From Methanothermobacter sp. K4 (lineage in GTDB: Archaea > Methanobacteriota > Methanobacteria > Methanobacteriales > Methanothermobacteraceae): a DNA stretch of 32,000 bases. Position numbers and translations under genes: made by a program. The stretch covers positions 172,284 through 204,283 of the forward strand of contig NZ_JAKLTD010000002.1 in the NCBI RefSeq assembly GCF_022014235.1. The letters are read 5' to 3'. Numbering within the stretch: the first letter of the stretch is position 1; each line of letters opens with the position of its first letter. Below the pieces are notes generated by a model, which had not been told where the DNA came from, searched no databases, and saw only the letters and a program-made list of their open reading frames with translations. This document shows positions 7,788 to 13,907 of the stretch, piece by piece.

Positions 7788-8264
7788 ATGAGCTGGTGGG
7801 ATGAACAGAGTTCAACAACCAGGGCAGGTGTTATCATTGGAGCACTGTGTCTTGGTTTTATACTTGTTGTTGCAATAGTCGGGATGATGTCTCCGGATAA
7901 CACCGGGAGCGAGGCATCCACTGCAGAAAAATCCAATACACAGACCCAATCTGAAATCAGGGTTGAGGATATTGAAGTCGTCTCAGAGGGCTATGGAAGT
8001 TACTCCGTGAAGGGAAAGATCACGCCACTCAGGGACTTCTCCTACCTTGAGATACGCCTCAAGTGGTATGACTCAGAGGGAAACCTGCTATATGACAATC
8101 CACTCGCATGGAACATCAATGACGCAAAAGCAGGTCAGCCAGTTAAATTCAGCACCATGGACATCATCGACTCAGGAACCCCTGTGAAGGTTGAAGTGCT
8201 GATATTCACCGACCTGGCGACTGACGATGACTCTGCCATATACAGAACAACCCTGAATGTCTGA
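7788..8264 (+). CDS. Membrane-anchored extracytoplasmic protein, FxLYD-domain-like
   Basis: RBS GGAGG at 7775..7779. There is one N-terminal TM (GVIIGALCLGFILVVAIVGMM). The beta-rich C-domain carries 'RLKWYDSEGNLLYDN', which resembles the FxLYD domain motif from memory. Confidence 0.65.
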   Translation: MSWWDEQSSTTRAGVIIGALCLGFILVVAIVGMMSPDNTGSEASTAEKSNTQTQSEIRVEDIEVVSEGYGSYSVKGKITPLRDFSYLEIRLKWYDSEGNLLYDNPLAWNINDAKAGQPVKFSTMDIIDSGTPVKVEVLIFTDLATDDDSAIYRTTLNV

Positions 8265-8279
8265 TGGAGGTGAGTTGTA

Positions 8280-8594
8280 ATGAGTGATGCTGTAGAAACA
8301 TCAAGGACACTTGAACTTGTGCTTGGAATAATCGGGGCGATCTTCGGTTTGCTGGGAGGCCTTTTTGCCATTGTACTTTCGGTTTTTGGTTCCGAGCTAC
8401 TCTATCTGGGTATCAGTGCGATACTGGCCTCAATTGTGGGGATCATAGGATCAGTATATGTAAGGAACAACCCCAGAAGGGGTGGTGTGATCCTCATAGT
8501 CAGTGCCCTCTGGCTTCTCATAAGCATATCTGCCTATGCAATCCCCGGAACAGTTTTCCTTGGTATTGCAGGTATTCTCGGGCTAATAAGATAG
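8280..8594 (+). CDS. Small polytopic membrane protein (DUF4064-like)
   Basis: RBS GGAGG at 8266..8270. The 104-aa product has three Gly/Ile-rich hydrophobic helices (LVLGIIGAIFGLLGGLFAIVLSVFG..). Confidence 0.6.
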   Translation: MSDAVETSRTLELVLGIIGAIFGLLGGLFAIVLSVFGSELLYLGISAILASIVGIIGSVYVRNNPRRGGVILIVSALWLLISISAYAIPGTVFLGIAGILGLIR

Positions 8595-8614
8595 TCCCCA
8601 TTTTATTTTTTTAA
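8595..8614 (+). terminator. C-run plus oligo-T element (tccccattttatttttttaa) inside the operon; possible attenuating terminator
   Basis: It starts 1 nt after the TAG stop (8592..8594) and shares the exact 18-mer CCCCATTTTATTTTTTTA with 5458..5475. The next gene's RBS (GGAGG 8616..8620) follows immediately. Confidence 0.35.
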
Positions 8615-8621
8615 TGGAGGT

Positions 8622-9323
8622 GTGCATTTGAAAAGGTGCTCAAACTGTGGATCAGAAAACAGGAGAGATGCAATCTTCTGTTCCAGCTGCGGGTTTGAAC
8701 TTAACTCTGGGGGGAGTAACAGCTGGTGGAAAAAGCAGAGCCAGACATCAAAGTTTCTAATAGCTACTGGACTCCCAATGATAATAATACTCTTCATTGC
8801 AGTTGCAGCCACGTTTTTTACCGACCATAGTACTGATTACAGCGATGATTACAGTTATGATACTTTGGATGCTACTGGTGGGTCAGCGTTAACAGAATCA
8901 TACATCAATAAATTCGAGGGCAATGGAATCTCATTCAGTTACCCCGAGACATGGAATATCTACACACCGGAAAATAGAAGCTCAGATACCGTAGTTGATC
9001 TCAAATCTTACGATATGGGTATAAACTCAATCATGACCGTCTATAAAAAACCCTACACCCTTAGTGCTGAAACCCTGAAGGAAATCTGGCTTGAAGTATG
9101 CTATGAAAAAGGGGATAGCGTTGAATACGTGAAGGAAATCGAGGTTGATGGTAACCGGGCATATGCCATCAAATCATCGTATTATTCAGATGGATGCGGA
9201 GACCATGAGTACATTGTATTCACCGATGGCAAATATGAATACTCCCTGCTTTTCACATCTGATGACATCTCACTTATACAGGATGATATAAACACAATTA
9301 TAAGGAGTTTCAGGGTTGAGTGA
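8622..9323 (+). CDS. Zinc-ribbon / TM / PsbP-DUF1795-like extracytoplasmic domain protein
   Basis: N-terminal zinc ribbon CSNCGSEN..CSSCG, one TM (LIATGLPMIIILFIAVAATFF), then 'ISFSYPETWNIY..'. GGAGG-N7 spacing favours TTG 8628 over the tracked GTG 8622. Confidence 0.7.
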   Translation: MHLKRCSNCGSENRRDAIFCSSCGFELNSGGSNSWWKKQSQTSKFLIATGLPMIIILFIAVAATFFTDHSTDYSDDYSYDTLDATGGSALTESYINKFEGNGISFSYPETWNIYTPENRSSDTVVDLKSYDMGINSIMTVYKKPYTLSAETLKEIWLEVCYEKGDSVEYVKEIEVDGNRAYAIKSSYYSDGCGDHEYIVFTDGKYEYSLLFTSDDISLIQDDINTIIRSFRVE

Positions 9324-9879
9324 TATGGATTCCGATAGAATGATTCCGGTTATTGCAGCGGTTATGCTGGCTCTTCTGTTCACAGCCGGTGCACTGCAGC
9401 TACTCAAGGGCGGCAGTGTCCAGGAAGATAAAGTTGAAACGGCAACGGTTGAAAAAACCTCAGATGGATACCGGCTGAACCTTCAGGCTGTCCTTGAACT
9501 TGCAGAGATGGACTCAGGTAACGGGACCGTGAAGTACAGGGGATTCAACTTCACAGGCCCCCAGTTACTCTACATCTTTGCAAGGGGGGTTGTGATGCTG
9601 GAACTCAATGAGACAGGAAAGATCCATGTGGGTGAATACGGTGGCCCTGAGGACCCCTATGGATTCATGGATACCGTTACCCTTACAAGGAGTGAATACA
9701 CCGATATGGCGGAGCGCACATACAACTGGATGGACGCCAATGGCAGAAGCCCCAACCACGTGGGTATCTATGTTGAGGGATCCCCCGATATAACCCCATC
9801 CCTTGCAAGGAAGATCTTCAGACAGGTTCTGGTTGAATACAGGAGGACAGGGACTCTACCAGAAGTGGTGAGTGCCTGA
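9316..9879 (+). CDS. Membrane-anchored pseudomurein-binding-repeat (PMBR) protein
   Basis: N-terminal TM (IPVIAAVMLALLFTAGAL). The segments 'GPQLLYIFARGVVML' and 'LTRSEYTDMAERTYNWMDANGRSPNHVGI..ITPSLARKIFRQVLVEYRRTGTLPEVV' match my recollection of the PMBR pattern (..rlPnyV..). It overlaps the upstream gene by 8 nt. Confidence 0.65.
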   Translation: MSDMDSDRMIPVIAAVMLALLFTAGALQLLKGGSVQEDKVETATVEKTSDGYRLNLQAVLELAEMDSGNGTVKYRGFNFTGPQLLYIFARGVVMLELNETGKIHVGEYGGPEDPYGFMDTVTLTRSEYTDMAERTYNWMDANGRSPNHVGIYVEGSPDITPSLARKIFRQVLVEYRRTGTLPEVVSA

Positions 9880-9990
9880 ATACCTTTTTTCTTTTTATAG
9901 AAATCTAACTTAACTATTAAATTGTTGAATGAGCAAACCTTTATCCTCAAACTATCAAATGGGAAAATAGTGTACTGATGGAAGTTCAGT

Positions 9991-10677
9991 ATGCAGAGAA
10001 AACTGATCATATCACTCATAATCACCGGGGCTTTAATCACGGTTTACCTGCTGAACCCCTCCCTCCACAGCACAGATAACAGGAAGGAAGCTGTGGTTCT
10101 GGGCTCAGATAAGATGGGCACAGTTGAGAAACTTGGACCCTACGGGAACAGAAACTCAGAGGTGAAAATAGCCTACATAACAGGGGTCCACCCCCTTGAG
10201 GGGAACTCCCACAGGGCAGTAATGCAGGCCCTTGAGGAGAACCAGGACAAACTGAGGTACATGTACTTCGTATACCGGGTCAACGTCACATTTAACCCGG
10301 AGGACTACGAAAAGGGGAGAATGGCAGGGCAGCTCCTTGCACGAAGATACGTGGTCTCCGATGTATCCCGGGGTAACTACAGCCTCGCAGTTGATGTGCA
10401 CTCCAACAGGGGCAACTATGGTATGAGGAGGTTCGTTTTCACCCCACTTCCTGATGATAGGAGCAGGTTGATAGCCCTGAAACTTGCATCCAGGATCAGC
10501 TGGCTATCCTACTACCTCCCTGAGTCACAGACAAGCCCCGCCTATGTAACAGAACCCATAATTCAGGGGGGAACACCCGCCATACTCTATGAGAACTACA
10601 TGTACCAGGACTACTCACAAACCCTGCAACATGCCAGGGAGTTCATAATAACCCTGGACTCCACTGACATCCCATAA
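9991..10677 (+). CDS. Secreted or membrane-anchored putative zinc hydrolase with an M14/AstE-like HxxE...H signature
   Basis: N-terminal TM/signal (LIISLIITGALITVYLL). Motifs are 'ITGVHPLEGNSH' (HxxE), 'AVDVHSNRG' (second His) and 'AILYENY' (candidate catalytic Glu). At 228 aa it is shorter than classical M14 enzymes. Confidence 0.5.
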   Translation: MQRKLIISLIITGALITVYLLNPSLHSTDNRKEAVVLGSDKMGTVEKLGPYGNRNSEVKIAYITGVHPLEGNSHRAVMQALEENQDKLRYMYFVYRVNVTFNPEDYEKGRMAGQLLARRYVVSDVSRGNYSLAVDVHSNRGNYGMRRFVFTPLPDDRSRLIALKLASRISWLSYYLPESQTSPAYVTEPIIQGGTPAILYENYMYQDYSQTLQHAREFIITLDSTDIP

Positions 10678-10756
10678 AAACTTAAGAGAGACCCGCCACA
10701 ACCAGCTGCAGCAACCTGGAAAAGCAGTGAAAACCTGAAACAGAACCACCGAAACC

Positions 10757-10875
10757 GAGAAATTAATATACTCTTTTTCACATATATTACAGTGTGGTCC
10801 CGATGATACACTGCAGAGAAATTAATATACTCTTTTTTACATAATATTAAGGTGTGGTTCTGATGATACACTACA
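10757..10875. repeat. Tandem 59/60-bp duplication covering the promoter-like AT box, RBS and first codons of the small zinc-ribbon gene
   Basis: Copy 1 (10757..10815): gagaaattaatatactctttttcacatatattacagtgtggtcccgatgatacactgca. Copy 2 (10816..10875): gagaaattaatatactcttttttacataatattaaggtgtggttctgatgatacactaca. Identity is about 85%. Confidence 0.85.
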
Positions 10876-11045
10876 GAATGGATCAGCCAGAGAGGGTGAG
10901 GTGCAGTGTCTGCGGTGGAGTTGCAGATGAGGTGGAGGAGACATACCCTGAATCAGGGAACTTCATCCTGGTGATCTACAGATGCCGCGACTGTGGCCAT
11001 CTCGAGAAACGACAGTACGGTAAACCCGTGAAGATTATAGATTGA
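10854..11045 (+). CDS. Small zinc-ribbon protein
   Basis: CSVCGG...CRDCGH forms two CxxC pairs. AAGGTG at 10849..10854 with 8-nt spacing favours ATG 10863 (MIHYRMDQPERV..). Confidence 0.6.
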   Translation: MVLMIHYRMDQPERVRCSVCGGVADEVEETYPESGNFILVIYRCRDCGHLEKRQYGKPVKIID

Positions 11046-11054
11046 GGTGATCTT

Positions 11055-11744
11055 GTGGTTGATGTATGCGCTGCGAATGGATATGATGTGATATCAGGAA
11101 AACTGAAGGACCTCCTTGGACTTGAAAAGTCCCCGGTGGCGATAAAACTCGTTCTAAGGGAGGATGACCTTCCTGAGGGCGTTGAAAAAATAGAGAAGCC
11201 TGCAAGGCACTGTGAAATGGTCCAGATGGCCGCTGCAGGGAAATCATTCTATGCGACGGCTGAGGCCCAGGCATGCAAGGGTGGTGCAGATGCCCTTGGA
11301 ATAGATGAGGCACCAGAGAAGGTCAAAACAGGGGAGTTCTACTACAACCTTGGCCGCTTCGCAAGCTTTGCATCAGCCAAGAGAACCTTTGATGAGATAC
11401 CATCCGTTGACCTCAGGTTTTACGCTGCAGTATACGCGCCCCTTGAGGATGCAACCTTTGACCCTGACGTCATAGTGATCATCTGCAACCCTGCCCAGGC
11501 AATGAAGATCTCACAGGCCCTCGTCTACACGCTGGGTGGCCGCGTTGAGGCAGACTTCTCAGGTATACAGTCACTCTGTGCAGACGCAGTTGCAGGTCCC
11601 TACATGAGGAAGAGGGCAAACATAACCATGGGGTGCAGTGGTTCAAGGCAGTACGCCGGTGTGAGGGATGATGAACTCATAGTGGGCCTCAACGGCGAGA
11701 ACATAGGGTGTGTTGTCAACGCCCTTGAGGCCATAAGCCAGTAG
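11055..11744 (+). CDS. DUF169-family protein
   Basis: 229 aa. 'SPVAIKLV', 'ARHCEMVQMAAAGKSFYATAEAQACKGGADALGI' and 'CSGSRQYAG' fit the DUF169 (COG2043) pattern. RBS is GAGGTGA at 11044..11050. Confidence 0.7.
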   Translation: MVDVCAANGYDVISGKLKDLLGLEKSPVAIKLVLREDDLPEGVEKIEKPARHCEMVQMAAAGKSFYATAEAQACKGGADALGIDEAPEKVKTGEFYYNLGRFASFASAKRTFDEIPSVDLRFYAAVYAPLEDATFDPDVIVIICNPAQAMKISQALVYTLGGRVEADFSGIQSLCADAVAGPYMRKRANITMGCSGSRQYAGVRDDELIVGLNGENIGCVVNALEAISQ

Positions 11745-11765
11745 GCTCACCTGATAAAACGTGGG

Positions 11766-11984
11766 GTGATGGTTGTGGTTGAGACAAAGACCTTCAGGAT
11801 CCTTGAGGATGTTGCTGACCTCGAGGAAAAGATAAGGAAATATGAGGGTGAGGCAGACCAGGAGCTTGTTATAAACTGGATCTATGATACCCTTGAGATC
11901 CTCAGGAGTGTGGGTAAGCTCCTTGAGGAGATTGAGGATAGACTGGATCTTCTTGAAGAGGAGACCGAGGAAAAGGAATTCTAG
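11766..11984 (+). CDS. Small acidic coiled-coil protein, hypothetical
   Basis: 72-aa ORF directly after the DUF169 gene. It is Glu/Leu-rich and helical (..LLEEIEDRLDLLEEETEEKEF) and is followed by a T-rich tract. I recognise no family. Confidence 0.45.
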   Translation: MMVVVETKTFRILEDVADLEEKIRKYEGEADQELVINWIYDTLEILRSVGKLLEEIEDRLDLLEEETEEKEF

Positions 11985-12053
11985 ATTGGGGTCTCCACCT
12001 CTTTTCTTTTAGTTGCTGACTCCGGTCTCCAGCTATTCCCCTTGACTCCAAAT

Positions 12054-12137
12054 ATTCCCTTATTCTAATGTAATCACTGCAGTGGTTCAATATCTACCAA
12101 AAAATTCCCTTATTCTAATGTAATCACTGTAGTGGTT
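12054..12137. repeat. 34-bp direct repeat, 50-bp period, duplicating the 3' coding end of the nucleotidyltransferase gene
   Basis: attcccttattctaatgtaatcactgcagtggtt (12054..12087) versus attcccttattctaatgtaatcactgtagtggtt (12104..12137), 33/34 identical. Copy B encodes NHYSDYIRIRE. Copy A lies just past the stop codon. Confidence 0.9.
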
Positions 12138-12737
12138 TACATTCACCAGTTCAATGGGATCCGATGCCTCAACACCGTACAGCCTGATGCCATCATCCAC
12201 CATCAGATGGAGCAGAGGATTTATGTTTCCATCACCCCGGGGGAGGTATCTTTTAAGGAGATCTGAGCTAGCTGCAAGGGGCATGCCTAGGCCCTCAGCG
12301 CTCTCAAGCCATCCGCTCCTCCCCCTTGCAAGTACCGAAACCGTCTCAGGGTCAGCTTGTTCAGTGATCCTCCCCATGGTCTCAGGGGATACCGCCGGCT
12401 GGTCCCCGGCAACGCAGAGTATGACTTCACCTGAAGCAGAAAGAACACCATTGAGGAGTGATGCCGAGAGTGGAACATCAGGTGGATCGTTCCTCACAAT
12501 CTCCACATCCAGACCTGATATCGCCTCCTCAACCTCCCCTGCATGGTGGCCTGTTACGACGATGCACTCATCCACACCCGCCCTGAGGACTGAATCCACT
12601 GTTTTCTCTATTACAGTAACTGAGTTGAGGGGGAGGAGGAGTTTATGGACAGGCTCAAGGCCGAGTTTCAGCATGTCCCTACACATTCGGCTGCCACGCC
12701 CTGCCGCTGTAATAACCGCTGAGATCAACTCCACCAC
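12087..12737 (-). CDS. MobA-like (NTP_transf_3) nucleotidyltransferase, probably a separate gene starting at GTG 12737/12734
   Basis: 'ISAVITAAGRGSRM' is the GxGxR nucleotide-binding N-terminus that normally sits about 5 aa from the start. 'ECIVVTGHHAGEVEEAI' and 'LCVAGDQPAVS' fit the family. The ORF track merges it into a 613-aa ORF (12087..13928). Confidence 0.75.
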   Translation of the reverse strand: MVELISAVITAAGRGSRMCRDMLKLGLEPVHKLLLPLNSVTVIEKTVDSVLRAGVDECIVVTGHHAGEVEEAISGLDVEIVRNDPPDVPLSASLLNGVLSASGEVILCVAGDQPAVSPETMGRITEQADPETVSVLARGRSGWLESAEGLGMPLAASSDLLKRYLPRGDGNINPLLHLMVDDGIRLYGVEASDPIELVNVNHYSDYIRIREFFGRY

Positions 12738-12738
12738 C

Positions 12739-13907
12739 CTATGCCGGTTCAAGCCTGTAGATCCTGGCGTATATTGTTGTACCCGCACCTGACCCTGTCG
12801 TCCACATCTCAATGAGTACCGGTACCTCCCTGTGTTCCTGACCTTTATTCCGGTTGCCGGGTTGAAGCCGAACAGGACCGCACGGAACTCCCAGGTCATG
12901 CCCCTGGGGAGTGGCATCCCTGCATCAGTGACAACGGCCCTGAGGGCCCTTGCAGGTGGGCATGAGCCGTGGGACGCGTATCCGCCGGGGGCCTCCGGGT
13001 CCCTTGATGCCGTGAACCTGACTGTCTCCTTACCTGAACCCTCACTTCCCGGTGGAATCACTGTGCCATTCCATGCCGCGGCGAATGCCCTCGCATTGAA
13101 GGCCCTCTTGTTATCATCGTACTGGGGGTATGAGCCCAGGTAGCTCACTGCAGTTGATACCAGAACCCTCCTGTAGCCTCCAGTGTACACCATGACAGGC
13201 GCCCCTGAGGGGTAGTTCTCCATGTACTCAATAACCTCCCCCCCAAAGAGCTCCTCTATCCTGCCGGGTGGAACAGGGAGTCTGCCGTCGCTGAAGTTGG
13301 ATAGCTGGTAGTCCAGGACTATCTCGTCGCCATCATCGGCCCTTCTGAACCACCTTTTTATCCTGTTAACGGATTTGTACCTGTGGGGGACTGTGCTGTT
13401 ACTTATACTATCTGCAGGGACGAATCTGACCTTCCTCCCGTTCTCAATGATATCTATACCCTTCTCTCTCTTGACACCATAGGTGTAGGGTGTCTTGTAG
13501 GCCCAGAGGAAGACCGGTGGCTCCTGGACCACCAGTTTATCCCCTGAAATCCTCAGTACTCCAGGACCATCGACAGTGGATCTTCCTGATGGGTCTATCC
13601 CTGAGGTCATCCTGGATATCGGGACGTGCACTGCCCCTGTGAGGAGCGCCTGGAGGAGGTTCCCGGGGTCCATGTAGTTGAATTCATCAAGGATGTAGTC
13701 TGGGTGCAGTATCAGGGGGACGCTCCTCACCCGGGACTCATCGATGACATCCTGACCCTTCAGTACCGTGCTTCCAGGCTCAAGGGCGGCTATCTCGCCA
13801 GGGTGCTGGGGTTCAGCACTTCCCTCGATGTATGCGTCTGATGCTGTTATGATGGCTGCAACAATAAGCAGTGCAATGATGTGCTTACCTGATATGATCC
13901 TCTGCAT
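12739..13907 (-). pseudogene. Exported VanW-like protein, apparently interrupted by a 1-nt frameshift at the G-run 12828..12830 (or a sequencing error, or recoding)
   Basis: Signal anchor MQRIISGKHIIALLIVAAIITASDA. 'HGSCPPARALRAVVTDAGMPL' and 'GIKVRNTG' weakly resemble the VanW core (GGGvCQvSsTLYnAal.AGL.., DlkFkNdtg). The -1 frame continues with 'EVPVLIEMWTTGSGAGTTIYARIYRLEPA*', which is VanW-C-terminus-like, and ends at TAG 12739..12741. Confidence 0.5.

Noticed and set aside
11902-12090. 62-aa minus-strand ORF (MNHCSDYIRIREYLESRG..)
   Set aside because: Its N-terminus is simply the duplicated copy of the neighbouring gene's 3' end (repeat 12054..12087). The rest runs antisense into the preceding plus-strand gene. 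It is treated as a by-product of the duplication.
12154-12792. 212-aa plus-strand ORF opposite the nucleotidyltransferase gene
   Set aside because: It is antisense to a gene with a clear GxGxR transferase signature. The Ser/Pro/Thr-rich translation lacks motifs. Long antisense ORFs are expected with this codon bias.
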